Assembly (NCBI GenBank): GCA_964360335.1
Contig: CAYHVH010000001.1
Location: 23,426 to 87,425, forward strand
Length of the DNA: 64,000 nt
Source: an uncultured Candidatus Saccharibacteria bacterium
Lineage (GTDB): Bacteria > Patescibacteriota > Doudnabacteria > UBA920 > 2-01-FULL-46-14
Reading direction: 5' to 3'
A program made the translations under genes and the position numbers. The notes beneath the pieces were generated by a model that was not told the origin of the DNA, did not search any database, and worked only from the letters and a program-made list of their open reading frames with translations. Positions 18,396 through 28,349 of this stretch are shown one piece after another. Numbering within the stretch: the stretch's first letter is position 1; every line of letters starts with the position of its first letter.

Positions 18396-19148
18396 ATGTA
18401 TCAAGAAACGTTTGAGAGCTTAGGTTTAAGCCCCAATGAAGCGAAAATCTACGAAGCCCTGGTGGAAAAAGGGGAGTCCTCGGTAAGCGGGGTGGCGGTT
18501 GCTGCAGGCGTGCACCGCCGCAATGCCTACGATGCCATTCGGCGCCTCATTGATAAGGGCCTGTGCTTTGAAATCTTTTCTTCTGGAGAAAATCGATACA
18601 ATGCGGTCGATCCGGATAAACTCACTGAACTTGTGGCCGAGAGGCAGCAAAAATTAGAAAGTATTCTTCCGGAGCTAAAAAAGAAGTTTACCAAACGCAT
18701 TGCCCCCGAGGAAGCCTACATTTACCGGGGGTACGAGGGCCAAAAAAATATCTGGCGCGATTTGCTGCGGGTCGGGGGCGAGAGCTACGTGGTGGGGGCA
18801 AAAGGCGGATGGTTTGAGCCGAACTTGCAGGCAAGCCGTATCGAATTTTTCAAAGAAGCCAACCGAAAAAAAATCAAATTCTTTCAGCTTTTCGACCATG
18901 AAATAAAAATTCAATTTCCGCGGTTCGTCAAAGACTATCCCGGGACGCTTAAATCTCGGTATTTGCCCAAGGAATACTCCACTAATTCGCTGATTCATGT
19001 CTTTGGGGACTACTTCATTACCTATACGGGCTTGGAACTTATGAGGCTAAGTGAAAAAACAGTATTTTTTGTGATCAAAAGCCGCGACCTCGCGGAAAGC
19101 TACCGGACCTGGTTTTGGTACATGTGGGAACAATCTTCGGAAAAGTAG
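18396..19148 (+). CDS. TrmB family transcriptional regulator
   Basis: LGLSPNEAKIYEAL..GES HTH, YRGYEG, VFGD. Confidence 0.9.
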   Translation: MYQETFESLGLSPNEAKIYEALVEKGESSVSGVAVAAGVHRRNAYDAIRRLIDKGLCFEIFSSGENRYNAVDPDKLTELVAERQQKLESILPELKKKFTKRIAPEEAYIYRGYEGQKNIWRDLLRVGGESYVVGAKGGWFEPNLQASRIEFFKEANRKKIKFFQLFDHEIKIQFPRFVKDYPGTLKSRYLPKEYSTNSLIHVFGDYFITYTGLELMRLSEKTVFFVIKSRDLAESYRTWFWYMWEQSSEK

Positions 19149-19199
19149 CCCTTCGACCCAGCCTTCGCTAAAGCTTCGGCGGGCAGGCAAGCCTGGGGG
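19149..19199. repeat. CCCTTCGAC/AAGC-type mini-element interrupted by a GCCTTCGCTAAAGCTTCGGC module
   Basis: CCCTTCGAC[CCAGCCTTCGCTAAAGCTTCGGCGGGCAGG]CAAGCCTGGGG; compare 51179-51197 and 1283-1312. Confidence 0.75.
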
Positions 19200-19222
19200 T
19201 AATATGCTAAAATGAAACCGCG

Positions 19223-20251
19223 ATGATTAACAAAACCTCCAAACCAAAAAGCCGGGTGGTGACGGCCAAAGAGGAGGTCGCGGACCGCGAGCTGGATTTA
19301 ACGCTGCGGCCGAAAACGCTCGAAGAATACATCGGCCAGAAAAAAATCAAAGAACACCTGGCGATTTTTTTGGGGGCGGCGAAAAAACGCAAGGAGCCGA
19401 TGGAACACGTTCTGGTCTACGGCTCCCCGGGCTTGGGCAAAACCACGCTCGCCCACGTGCTGGCGAAAGAAATGGGAGTGGCCATCAAGGTCACTTCAGG
19501 GCCAGCCATCGAACGAGCCGGGGATTTGGCCAGCCTGCTAACCAATCTCCAGGATCATGACGTTCTGTTTATCGACGAAGTCCACCGCTTGCCCCGGGTG
19601 GTCGAAGAAATTCTCTATCCGGCCATGGAAGACTTTCGGTTTGACATTATCTTGGGCAAGGGGCCCGGGGCGCGCTCGGTCAGGCTAGAGCTGCCGCGCT
19701 TCACCATCATCGGGGCGACGACCCGCATCGGCCTGATTTCTGCCCCCCTGCGCGACCGGTTCGGCGTGACTTTGAAACTCGATTACTACGAACCGCAGGA
19801 AATCGAACAAATTATCGCCCGGTCGGCCAAAATTTTGGCCATTAAAATTGCGGAGGGCGCGATTCGGGAGATCGGCCACCGCGCCCGCTTTACGCCCCGC
19901 ATCGCCAACCGGCTCTTGCGTCGCGTCCGAGATTTTGCCCAAATGCGCGGCGACGGAACGATTACTGAAGATTTGGCCAACACTGCTCTGGAACTTTTAG
20001 AGGTGGACGCTTTGGGTTTGGATCGCAACGACCGACAATTTCTCCTGGCGCTGATTGAAAAGTTTCACGGCGGGCCGGTCGGCTTGGGCTCCCTGGCGGC
20101 CGCTACCAGTGAAGAAGAGGATACCATTGCCGATGTCTACGAGCCATATCTGCTAAGATTGGGGATGCTGTCCCGCACTGCCAAAGGGCGAATGGCCACC
20201 CCGAAAGCCTACAATCACCTCGGCCGGAAACCGGAGCGTTCCCTACTATGA
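19223..20251 (+). CDS. ruvB: Holliday junction DNA helicase RuvB
   Basis: [42 protein letters not shown]. Confidence 0.98.
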   Translation: MINKTSKPKSRVVTAKEEVADRELDLTLRPKTLEEYIGQKKIKEHLAIFLGAAKKRKEPMEHVLVYGSPGLGKTTLAHVLAKEMGVAIKVTSGPAIERAGDLASLLTNLQDHDVLFIDEVHRLPRVVEEILYPAMEDFRFDIILGKGPGARSVRLELPRFTIIGATTRIGLISAPLRDRFGVTLKLDYYEPQEIEQIIARSAKILAIKIAEGAIREIGHRARFTPRIANRLLRRVRDFAQMRGDGTITEDLANTALELLEVDALGLDRNDRQFLLALIEKFHGGPVGLGSLAAATSEEEDTIADVYEPYLLRLGMLSRTAKGRMATPKAYNHLGRKPERSLL

Positions 20252-20454
20252 TCAAACTCCTAGCAGAAATCCTTTTTTACGCCTTGATGCTCCTCCTGGC
20301 GGTTTACAGCGCCGTCATGATTTACGTCTTATTGCGGTTCGGGGAATCAAAGATTTTCGGTTTCGTCCTGTCGGCGTTTTATTTCCTTTTGATGGTTAGT
20401 TTTTACGCCGCGGCTTCCGTGCAGTTTGAAAATCTCCCATTTCCCGAAATATGA
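20248..20454 (+). CDS. Small two-TM membrane protein
   Basis: Hydrophobic ORF, ATGA overlaps with both neighbours. Confidence 0.7.
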   Translation: MIKLLAEILFYALMLLLAVYSAVMIYVLLRFGESKIFGFVLSAFYFLLMVSFYAAASVQFENLPFPEI

Positions 20455-21014
20455 GTAAATTTCTCGCGAAGCGAAAATATCTCTTTCCCGGCCAGCAGGC
20501 CCAAGAAAAGATTTATCTGGTCACCCGGCGACACTGGATCGTACTTATGAAAGAGGTTGCCGTCTGGCTGTTGTTTGTGGCAATTCTCCTGGTGGCCGAT
20601 AATTTCCTAACGCCGCGGTTTCCGATTCTGAACGAGTCCCCTTATGCCCAAATCTTGGGTCTCCTCAAAACGGTTTATATGATGTTTCTGCTGGCTGCCC
20701 TGTTTTCCATCTGGATTTTGTACTACCTCAACTACCAAGTCGTTACGAACGAGCGAATTGTCGACGTCACCCAAACCAACCTCTTGCACCACACCACTTC
20801 CGAATTTCACTTAAGCCGGACCCAAGATGTCACGGCCGAGATCCGAGGAATTTTTGGAAACTTTTTCAACTACGGAAACGTCTATGTTCAGACGGCAGGG
20901 GAGACGGTCCGGTTTGAATTTGACCGCGTTCCCAATCCCCATCAGGTCGAAAAATTAATCCTCGACCTCTACGAGCGCCTGCCGGACAGCCAAAAGCGCC
21001 CAAAGGAATGGTAA
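20451..21014 (+). CDS. Bacterial PH-domain membrane protein
   Basis: RRHW, two TM helices, VTNERIV, QDV, NYGNV.VQTAG, VPNP. Confidence 0.8.
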   Translation: MSKFLAKRKYLFPGQQAQEKIYLVTRRHWIVLMKEVAVWLLFVAILLVADNFLTPRFPILNESPYAQILGLLKTVYMMFLLAALFSIWILYYLNYQVVTNERIVDVTQTNLLHHTTSEFHLSRTQDVTAEIRGIFGNFFNYGNVYVQTAGETVRFEFDRVPNPHQVEKLILDLYERLPDSQKRPKEW

Positions 21015-21442
21015 GGAGAACCACAGTTGCGGTTTCGGGGGGCTTTGATCCCGTGCATAGCGGGCACATCAGTCTGTTTCGCGAAGCCAAAAAGCTTGGG
21101 GACCGTTTGGTCGTGATTTTGAACAACGACCATTGGCTAAAGAAAAAGAAGGGATATGTGTTTATGCCACAGAAAGACCGAGAGGCGGTTCTCCGGGCCA
21201 TCAGGTATGTCGATGACGTCAAAGTTACCGCTCATCCCAAAAATTCCGACGACATATCGGTCTGCCAGATACTCAAGCGACTCCGGCCCAATATTTTCGC
21301 CAACGGGGGAGATCGCCTGCCCAGCAATATTCCGGAATATGACCTCTGCGAAAAACTGGGAATCAAAATGGTTTTCAAGGTTGGCGGGGAAAAAGCGCAA
21401 AGTTCCAGCGAACTTGTGAGGCAAGTAAGAAGCCGCAAATAA
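21008..21442 (+). CDS. Cytidylyltransferase family protein (HxGH)
   Basis: SGGFDPVHSGH, ANGGDR, K.QSSS. Confidence 0.88.
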   Translation: MVRRTTVAVSGGFDPVHSGHISLFREAKKLGDRLVVILNNDHWLKKKKGYVFMPQKDREAVLRAIRYVDDVKVTAHPKNSDDISVCQILKRLRPNIFANGGDRLPSNIPEYDLCEKLGIKMVFKVGGEKAQSSSELVRQVRSRK

Positions 21443-22858
21443 ATGTCTCTCGGACGCCGGATCTTTTATAACACCATCGCACAAACCCTCGGCAAAGCCG
21501 GGGCGATTGTTATTGGGCTTGTTACCATTGCTTTCTTAAGTCGCTACCTTCAGGAATCTGGCTTCGGGCAGTATGCCACCGTGATTGCTTTCTTGGGTTT
21601 TTTTGTGGTCCTGGCCGATCTGGGGCTTTACTTATATGTGGTCAGGGAAATTAGTAAGCCCGAAACCAACCACCCAAAAATTTTAAGCAACGCTTTGGGC
21701 TTAAGACTGGTGGCCTCGCTCGTGGCACTGGTCATCGGGGCGATAATTGCTCTCCTCTTTCCTTATGACCCGCTGGTCAAAAAGACCATGTTCGTGGGGA
21801 TTGGAGCCTTTTTATTCGCCTCCCTGAATCAGTCCTTAATCGGCGTTTTTCAAAAACATCTCGTCCAGCATCTAGTAGTCTTCTCCGAAACGGTTGGGCG
21901 GGCGGTTAATCTCCTCTTGGTCTATCTTTTTATCCGAGCTTCCCTGTCGCTTCCTTTTTTTGTTTTGGCCCTGCTTTTGGCCAACGCCGTAATTTTTTCG
22001 CTGACGCTCAAGTTTGCGCGCCGTTATGAGTATTTTGGGATTGCTTTTGATCTAGAATTTTGGAAAAAAATCTTGGCGGCCACCTGGCCCCTCATCTTCT
22101 CGGTCGTTTTGAATCTTCTTTACTTCAAGGCCGATACCATCATTCTTTCGATATTCCACCCCCAAGCCGTGGTCGGGATCTATAGCCTGCCCTATAAAAT
22201 TTTGGAGGGGTTGCTGGCTTTCCCGGCGATGTTTGTGGGATTGATCATGCCATTGCTCTCGTCTTCCGCTTTTGTCGACTGGAAAAAGTTTCAATATTAC
22301 CTCCAGCGCGCCTTTGATGCTCTAGCTTTGATGGCCACTCTAGTCGTGGTAGTAACCCTCTTTTTTGCTCACGAGATAGTTGATCTTCTTAGAGGAGAAC
22401 AACCCTATCTTGATTCTCCAGCTCTCTTACAAATTCTCATTTTGCCTGCCGCGACCATCTTTTTAGGCACACTCTTCGGCTACGCGGTTGTGGCCGTAAA
22501 TCAGCAAAAAGCCATGATTAAAGGGTACTTGTTGGGGGCGATTGTTGGTTTAATCTTATATTTTGCTTTCATCCCTCAATTTGGCTATTGGGGAGCGGCT
22601 TGGGGCACGGTCGTTACCGAAATTGTGGTCGCCAGTTTTGCCTATTTCTTGGTGAAAAAATCAGTGGGTCGGGGGCTCTCCTGGCAAATTCTCGGGCGCA
22701 CCGTCCCGGCAGTCCTTCTGATGATCTTATTTTTCTATTTTGTGTCCATCCAGTGGCTTCTGGAAATTGGGCTGGGTTTCTTTATTTATGTGCTGGGGCT
22801 CATGCTCTTCCGGGCCATACCCTATTCCTTCGTCCGAGAGCTTTTGTTCCGCAAATGA
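21443..22858 (+). CDS. Wzx-type polysaccharide flippase
   Basis: Multiple TM helices, SRYL...FGQY, DLGL, VGIY, GAAW.T. Confidence 0.88.
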   Translation: MSLGRRIFYNTIAQTLGKAGAIVIGLVTIAFLSRYLQESGFGQYATVIAFLGFFVVLADLGLYLYVVREISKPETNHPKILSNALGLRLVASLVALVIGAIIALLFPYDPLVKKTMFVGIGAFLFASLNQSLIGVFQKHLVQHLVVFSETVGRAVNLLLVYLFIRASLSLPFFVLALLLANAVIFSLTLKFARRYEYFGIAFDLEFWKKILAATWPLIFSVVLNLLYFKADTIILSIFHPQAVVGIYSLPYKILEGLLAFPAMFVGLIMPLLSSSAFVDWKKFQYYLQRAFDALALMATLVVVVTLFFAHEIVDLLRGEQPYLDSPALLQILILPAATIFLGTLFGYAVVAVNQQKAMIKGYLLGAIVGLILYFAFIPQFGYWGAAWGTVVTEIVVASFAYFLVKKSVGRGLSWQILGRTVPAVLLMILFFYFVSIQWLLEIGLGFFIYVLGLMLFRAIPYSFVRELLFRK

Positions 22859-23997
22859 AAATTTATTTTTTTAAATTCCCCCTGGGAGCTTCGCTCGGCG
22901 GAGCAGAATTCCATTCCTTGCAACTGGCCGAATATTTCCAAAGGCAAGGGCATGAAGTTCAGCTCTTTAGTTCGGACCGCCGGCTGTTCCGGCTCTTCGA
23001 ACAGCGCCGCTTGCCAAGAAGACGATTATTCGTGGGCTACGAGCCGACCAGCAAACCTGCCCTGCTGCTTTGGCCGCTAACTTACTTTCTGGCCAAACGA
23101 AAATTCCTAAAAATTCTGGCGGCTGTCCCAAACGGCAGCGTGTTCCTTTTTCAGAGTTTAACCGAAAAATTGATTCTGACCGGCCCTGCCCTCAAACACG
23201 GGGTAAAAATTTTCTGGCTTGAGCATAAAATCCCGGGCCGCTGGCTTTGGCAAAACCCCCTAAAATTCTGGTATCTTAAGTTGTCAAGACTGGTTCAGTT
23301 GGTGACTGTGTCGAATTTTGCCAAGCAAGAATTTATTAAACTCGGTGTCCCTGCAAAGAATATTCAAATAATCTACCCCGGCATAAAAACGGGCGGCCTT
23401 GAGCGACCGCCTTTTACCCGCTCCTACACCATCGGCCTTTTGTCGCGGCTCGAACCCGAGAAGGGAATATTAGATTTTCTGCAAATCCTTGGCCCTTATC
23501 TCAAAAAACGCCCGAATTGGCAAGTCCTGGTTGCCGGAACGGGAAGTCAGAATTCCCAAATCCAGAAACTCATTACCGAAACTGCTCTGACAAACCAAGT
23601 CCGACTCTTTGGGTTTGTATCCTCTTTAGACGACTTTTTCTCCCAAATTGCGGTTTTGGTTTATCCCTCCCTTGTCCCCGAATCTTTTGGCCTAAGTATC
23701 GCCCAGGCTCAAGGGCGGGGTATTCCAGTGGTCGCCTCGAGCCGCGGGGCCTTGTCGGAAAGTGTCACGCATCAAAAAACTGGCTTTCTGGTAGAGCCGG
23801 GGAGTCCTGGGCAGTGGGTGGCCTATCTCGAAAAACTAACAAACCCTAAAATCTACCAAGAGATGTCGGCACAAGCCAGGCTGGCCGCGGTAAACTTTGC
23901 CGAAGAGAAAATGTTCACCGCTTTCCACAAACTTTTTTTTCCAGCTAAAATCGGTAAATCACTCGCTTCACCGCTTGGTGGCCGACAGTCTGATTGA
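22855..23997 (+). CDS. Glycosyltransferase family 4
   Basis: GGAE, RL.PEKG, ESFGL..AQA...G.PVVAS; start at ATG 22855. Confidence 0.88.
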   Translation: MKIYFFKFPLGASLGGAEFHSLQLAEYFQRQGHEVQLFSSDRRLFRLFEQRRLPRRRLFVGYEPTSKPALLLWPLTYFLAKRKFLKILAAVPNGSVFLFQSLTEKLILTGPALKHGVKIFWLEHKIPGRWLWQNPLKFWYLKLSRLVQLVTVSNFAKQEFIKLGVPAKNIQIIYPGIKTGGLERPPFTRSYTIGLLSRLEPEKGILDFLQILGPYLKKRPNWQVLVAGTGSQNSQIQKLITETALTNQVRLFGFVSSLDDFFSQIAVLVYPSLVPESFGLSIAQAQGRGIPVVASSRGALSESVTHQKTGFLVEPGSPGQWVAYLEKLTNPKIYQEMSAQARLAAVNFAEEKMFTAFHKLFFPAKIGKSLASPLGGRQSD

Positions 23998-24235
23998 TGA
24001 CCTTCAGAATTTTTGCCTCATGGAGCCGGAGTTCATTGGCCATCACGGCGCTTCGGGTTTTGACGGTGAGGGTTTTTTTCTGGAGACTGACTGGCCTGAT
24101 CGCCTCGGATTCGGGGATCAAATTTTTTATTTCCGCCCGATAGAGATCGAAAATTCGCACGATTTCCAGCTGCCGCGAAAGCTCGTCTTTGCGGCTGAAT
24201 TTGCCCTGGAGCGTTTCCCCTAATTTTTTAAACAT
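23945..24235 (-). CDS. DciA/DUF721 family protein
   Basis: L.VKT.SAVMANELRL....IL..IN pattern, immediately downstream of recF. Confidence 0.75.
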   Translation of the reverse strand: MFKKLGETLQGKFSRKDELSRQLEIVRIFDLYRAEIKNLIPESEAIRPVSLQKKTLTVKTRSAVMANELRLHEAKILKVINQTVGHQAVKRVIYRF

Positions 24236-25358
24236 TTATCGCGGTCGAAGTTACTGCTCCCTGATTGACGGCATAGACCTGCGCCCTTTTCGGCAAAAAA
24301 TCCTGAACCTCTTCGAGATGAATAGTAGTGAGAAATACCTGTTTCAGGATGGACAAAAAGCCGGTTAATTTTTTCTGGTGCTCAAAATCAAACTCGGAAA
24401 AGATATCATCCAAAAGCATGATTGGGGATTCTCCGGTTTGCTCCTCCAGATATTGCTTTTCCGTAAACTTTAGCGCCAGGGTCAAGCTCCGCATCTGCCC
24501 ACGAGAAACAAACCCAACCACGTCCTTGCCCTGAAGCAGGGTCGCAAAGTCATCGCGGTGCGGCCCGAGAAGAGTGGTACCGCGCTGCCGTTCGGTTTGG
24601 CGCAAACTGCGAAGCTTTTCGAGAAATTCCTGCTTGTTCACCGCTCCAGACATACGATAAACAAACTTCACTTCCGTAAGTTCGGGGGATAGGGAAGCGA
24701 TAATGGCGGGAAGGGAAGCGTTCAAATATTTTAAGAGGTTGTCTCGGTGCTGACAGATGAGGCTGCCAAACTCCGCCAATTTTTCATCCCAAATGTCCAT
24801 CTCTGGAAGCCCGAGTTTTTCATCATCGATACGCTCCCGGCCTTGACCGGAAATCTTTTGCCAGAGCTCATTGCGCTGCCGTAAACTTTTTTCATACTGC
24901 TGTTGAGCATATCGATATTGCCGAGTACCGAGCGACAGGGTTTCGCTTAGAAACCGCCGCCGGTTGCTAGGGGACCGCGTTAAGATATTCAAGTCCTGGG
25001 GCACGAAACTGACAATGGGCAGGATCCCGGCATACTTGCTGCGCGGTGTTTCTTGGCCATTAACTTTGAGTTTGTAAATTGGCCGTGTCTCTCTATATTC
25101 TGCGTAAACCTCCTGAACGACCGGTTCCCGGTTTTCCAACTCTATTTTTGCGCGCAAAAAATTTCGCCCTTCCAAAAACAACTGCCCAAATTTGCTTTCG
25201 GGAAACTTTCGCAGCGTGCTCCCGAAATATATACCCTCCAAAAAATTGGTTTTTCCGGCACCATTCGGCCCCGTTAAAACTACAAAGCCCTGATCGAGAT
25301 GCAAATCAAGGCTTTGAAAGTTTCGAAAGTTTTGGAATAGGAGCCGGGCAATATGCAT
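24228..25358 (-). CDS. recF: DNA replication and repair protein RecF
   Basis: NFRN, GPNGAGKTN, GPHRDD, SRGQ, LLDDIFSE. Confidence 0.95.
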   Translation of the reverse strand: MHIARLLFQNFRNFQSLDLHLDQGFVVLTGPNGAGKTNFLEGIYFGSTLRKFPESKFGQLFLEGRNFLRAKIELENREPVVQEVYAEYRETRPIYKLKVNGQETPRSKYAGILPIVSFVPQDLNILTRSPSNRRRFLSETLSLGTRQYRYAQQQYEKSLRQRNELWQKISGQGRERIDDEKLGLPEMDIWDEKLAEFGSLICQHRDNLLKYLNASLPAIIASLSPELTEVKFVYRMSGAVNKQEFLEKLRSLRQTERQRGTTLLGPHRDDFATLLQGKDVVGFVSRGQMRSLTLALKFTEKQYLEEQTGESPIMLLDDIFSEFDFEHQKKLTGFLSILKQVFLTTIHLEEVQDFLPKRAQVYAVNQGAVTSTAINV

Positions 25359-25360
25359 TT

Positions 25361-26455
25361 TCAGATCTTGATCGGCATGACGATATAGAGGTAGTTGTCC
25401 CTCCCTGCCGGTACCAAGGCCGCAGGAGACGAAGAGTTGATGACTCTTAAAGAAACCTGCTCGTCTGGTAAATTATTCAGGCACTCCAGGAGATAGCGGT
25501 AGTTGAAAACTGCCGCATTTTTTTCGCCCGTTAATTCCCCGAACAGGCGAATTTCGCTCCCTCCCACCTGGACCGCTTGGGACTTGATTACCACCTGCTT
25601 CCCTGGCGGATTGAGTTCCAGCTCAATGTTGTTGGTGTCCCCGGCGAAAAGGCTTGCCGCCTTCAAAGCCTGTACAAATTCGCCCCGCTTGAGCTCTGCC
25701 TGGGTTGTGAAGTTTTGAGGGACTATCTGTTTGTAATCTGGATACTGGCCCTCGATCAGACGCGAAATAAGTTCAACCTCCTCGGTTCTCAAACAAATTT
25801 GCCCTTCCTTGAGAAAGACCTCGATTGTTCCCTCCCCCATGCTTCTACTTGCTTCATTGACGGCGCGGGTTGGGACAATCACCTGGCGGTTGCTACCCAC
25901 CTCTTCCCCAAGTGGGATTTTTACTTCTGCCAAGCGGTAGCGGTCGGTGGTAGCCAGGGTTAGCCCTTTCCCCTCAAAACTAAACAACACCCCAGAAATT
26001 TCCGGCTGGGTTTCGGAAAAGGCCGCGGCAAATCCTACCTCCCCAACTCCTTCCCGAAGCGCTTTCCCTGAGAGTTTGGTATAAACCCCGCCTTCCCCCC
26101 CGGGAATGAGGGGAAAGTCTTCTACCCCCAAGCCGTTGATATGAGTTTTGGCGTTTTCCCCTTCCAGCAACAGGTCGGTTTTTTCTGTGGAGATAGTGAG
26201 CTTTTCCGTTAGCAAATTAGCCACGAGTTCGTTGAGTAATTTCGCCGGTACCGTAAGCTCCCCGTCTTCTACTACTTTCCCCCCCACCCAAGTATTAACC
26301 GCCATCTCTAGATTTGTGGTGGTGAGTTTGAGGCGACCCTTCTCTGTGCGGAGCAAAATATTGTTGAGAATGGGTAGGGCGTTCCCTCCCCCAATAATCC
26401 GCGAGCAGATCTGTAAGCCAGCATTGAGGTTTTTTTTTGTACACTGCATTTTCAT
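25361..26455 (-). CDS. dnaN: DNA polymerase III beta clamp
   Basis: LPILNN, TTDRYRL, SRLIEGQYPDY, IVMP; downstream of dnaA. Confidence 0.96.
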   Translation of the reverse strand: MKMQCTKKNLNAGLQICSRIIGGGNALPILNNILLRTEKGRLKLTTTNLEMAVNTWVGGKVVEDGELTVPAKLLNELVANLLTEKLTISTEKTDLLLEGENAKTHINGLGVEDFPLIPGGEGGVYTKLSGKALREGVGEVGFAAAFSETQPEISGVLFSFEGKGLTLATTDRYRLAEVKIPLGEEVGSNRQVIVPTRAVNEASRSMGEGTIEVFLKEGQICLRTEEVELISRLIEGQYPDYKQIVPQNFTTQAELKRGEFVQALKAASLFAGDTNNIELELNPPGKQVVIKSQAVQVGGSEIRLFGELTGEKNAAVFNYRYLLECLNNLPDEQVSLRVINSSSPAALVPAGRDNYLYIVMPIKI

Positions 26456-26652
26456 AAAAGTGATTGTTTCTAAAGAAGAAGTTTTAGTAAGGAGTAATTA
26501 TAGTAATTGCTGGGGGAATGTGGGAAAGGGGGAGATTCTGCTGCTAGCGCCCGTCCCCAGTTCGCGGCCGGTGGGGAAGGTGGTGACAGGGGTGGGGAGA
26601 GATTGGGGGGGAAGGAAACAAGGACAGGATCTTTCCCCCAATCCCCCCACAG
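26456..26652. other. dnaA-dnaN intergenic region, putative oriC part
   Basis: Position; AT-rich stretch GAGTAATTATAGTAATT next to degenerate boxes such as TGTGGGAAA. Confidence 0.5.
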
Positions 26653-28017
26653 TTAATCCATATAGATTCGGTTGGTAATCAGGCTTATTTCATGTTTGAG
26701 GGCTTCCTTTTCCTTTCCTACCCTTTGGACTTTGTCAATGGCGTGGATGACTGTGGTGTGGTCGCGCCCGCCGAAAATTTCCCCTATCATCGGTAGACTG
26801 GTCTCGAGTTCTTTCCTGATAATATACATCGCCACCTGGCGGGGGAGGACGTACTCTTTTTTGCGGGATTGTTTGACGAGGTCGTCAATTGTCACATTGT
26901 AGAAGTCCGCCACGACCTCCATAATTTTTTTTGCCGAGGCCATCCGTTTTTTTGGAGGGAAAACAATGTTGGCAAGGATATTTTTCACCTTGTCCAAGGT
27001 TGGGGAGGTGTTGTTGAGCTGACAAAAAACCATCAGGCGGTTAAGCGAGCCCTCGAGTTCGCGAATGTTAGTCTCCACGGTTTGGGCAATATACTCAAGC
27101 ACCCCTGGCCCAACATCGTAACCTCGCTCTTTGGCTTTTGAGCGCAAGATTGCAAGCCGAGTTTCGAAGTCCGGCGGCTGGACGTCTGCAATCATCCCCC
27201 ATTCAAAGCGGGAAACCAGCCGCTCTTCAATGGCAGGGATTTCCTTTGGTAAACGGTCCGAAGATAGCACTATTTGTTTGTTGATTTGATGTAAGGCGTT
27301 GAAGGTGTGAAAAAATTCTTCCTGGGTTTGTTCCTTGCCTGCCAAAAATTGTACGTCATCGATGAGGAGGACGTCTACCCCCCGATAGAGATTTTTAAAA
27401 GTTTCCCCTTTGTTGTAGCGAACCGCTTGAATGAATTCATTGGTAAATTTTTCCGTGGTGACATACAAAACTTGCTTGGCCACCCCACTATTTAAAAAAT
27501 CATTCCCGATCGCCTGCAGGAGGTGGGTTTTTCCCAGACCGACCCCGCCGTAAATGAACAACGGGTTGTAAGCCCTTCCCGGATTTTTGGTTACTCCCTG
27601 AGCGGCGGCAACGGCCAATTCGTTGTTGCCACCAACAATAAAGTTCAAGAAAGTGTATTTTGGGTTAAGCCCCGTGCTGAGGGAGGAAGACTTGACGGTT
27701 GGGGTATGTTCGGGCGAAGCGGGAAGTGACACAATCCTGGGAGGAGGTTCGGCCGCCCGGCGGTTATAGCCACCGGTAATTTGGTATTCGATTTGTTTGA
27801 TTTCGGGGTTAACAGCGCGGATAGCCCGCAGAATTGCCTGATGGAACTTGTTCATCAGCCATTCTTTGGTAAAGGCGTTGGGCACACCAATAACCACTTT
27901 TCCCGAACTTTGTTCCAAAATTGCGGTGTTTTTAAACCAGGTGGTGAAGCTCGCCTTGGACAGGGAGAGCTCAAGGTTTCCCAGAACCGCCTGCCAGATT
28001 TGTTTAGTGGAGTTCAC
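26653..28017 (-). CDS. dnaA: Chromosomal replication initiator DnaA
   Basis: YNPLFIYGGVGLGKTHL, IDDVQF, QEEFFHTFN, GGRDHTTV; start moved to GTG 28017. Confidence 0.97.
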   Translation of the reverse strand: MNSTKQIWQAVLGNLELSLSKASFTTWFKNTAILEQSSGKVVIGVPNAFTKEWLMNKFHQAILRAIRAVNPEIKQIEYQITGGYNRRAAEPPPRIVSLPASPEHTPTVKSSSLSTGLNPKYTFLNFIVGGNNELAVAAAQGVTKNPGRAYNPLFIYGGVGLGKTHLLQAIGNDFLNSGVAKQVLYVTTEKFTNEFIQAVRYNKGETFKNLYRGVDVLLIDDVQFLAGKEQTQEEFFHTFNALHQINKQIVLSSDRLPKEIPAIEERLVSRFEWGMIADVQPPDFETRLAILRSKAKERGYDVGPGVLEYIAQTVETNIRELEGSLNRLMVFCQLNNTSPTLDKVKNILANIVFPPKKRMASAKKIMEVVADFYNVTIDDLVKQSRKKEYVLPRQVAMYIIRKELETSLPMIGEIFGGRDHTTVIHAIDKVQRVGKEKEALKHEISLITNRIYMD

Positions 28018-28075
28018 TTTTGTACCCCATTCTTTTTGCTTATGTTTTTCCCTTGCTGCTATTCTAACAGAATGG

Positions 28076-28152
28076 TTATCAACATGTAAAATAATAGGAA
28101 ATCCCCAGGAATAAGCCAAAAAAAGGATTGTATGTGGATAGGGTGTGTAAAA
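28076..28152. promoter_or_regulatory. DnaA-box cluster upstream of dnaA
   Basis: TTATCAACA 28076-28084, TGTGGATAG 28133-28141, TGTGTAAAA 28144-28152. Confidence 0.65.
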
Positions 28153-28211
28153 CCAGTGCATCAAATTTTTGAATTGGCCAAATTCGATTTGGGAAGGTAT
28201 AATTAGAAAAG

Positions 28212-28346
28212 ATGAAGAGAACATACCAACCAAAGAGAAAGCACCGAGCTCGGCGTCATGGTTTTCGGCGCCGCATGAAAAGCCGTACTGGTAGGCGGGT
28301 TTTGAGCGGCCGGAGGCGGAAAAAGCGGGCTCGCCTAACTATTTAG
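28212..28346 (+). CDS. rpmH: 50S ribosomal protein L34 (not in ORF track)
   Basis: [44 protein letters not shown]. Confidence 0.97.
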   Translation: MKRTYQPKRKHRARRHGFRRRMKSRTGRRVLSGRRRKKRARLTI

Positions 28347-28349
28347 CCC

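Noticed and set aside
23945-23997. Convergent overlap of GT4 and DciA genes
   Set aside because: Short 3' overlaps are common in compact genomes
28018-28233. Long N-terminal extensions given by the ORF track for dnaA (also rpoC, GT4, VanW, GGDEF, rpsT)
   Set aside because: Extensions overlap regulatory DNA or neighbouring genes; internal starts fit family N-termini and SD positions
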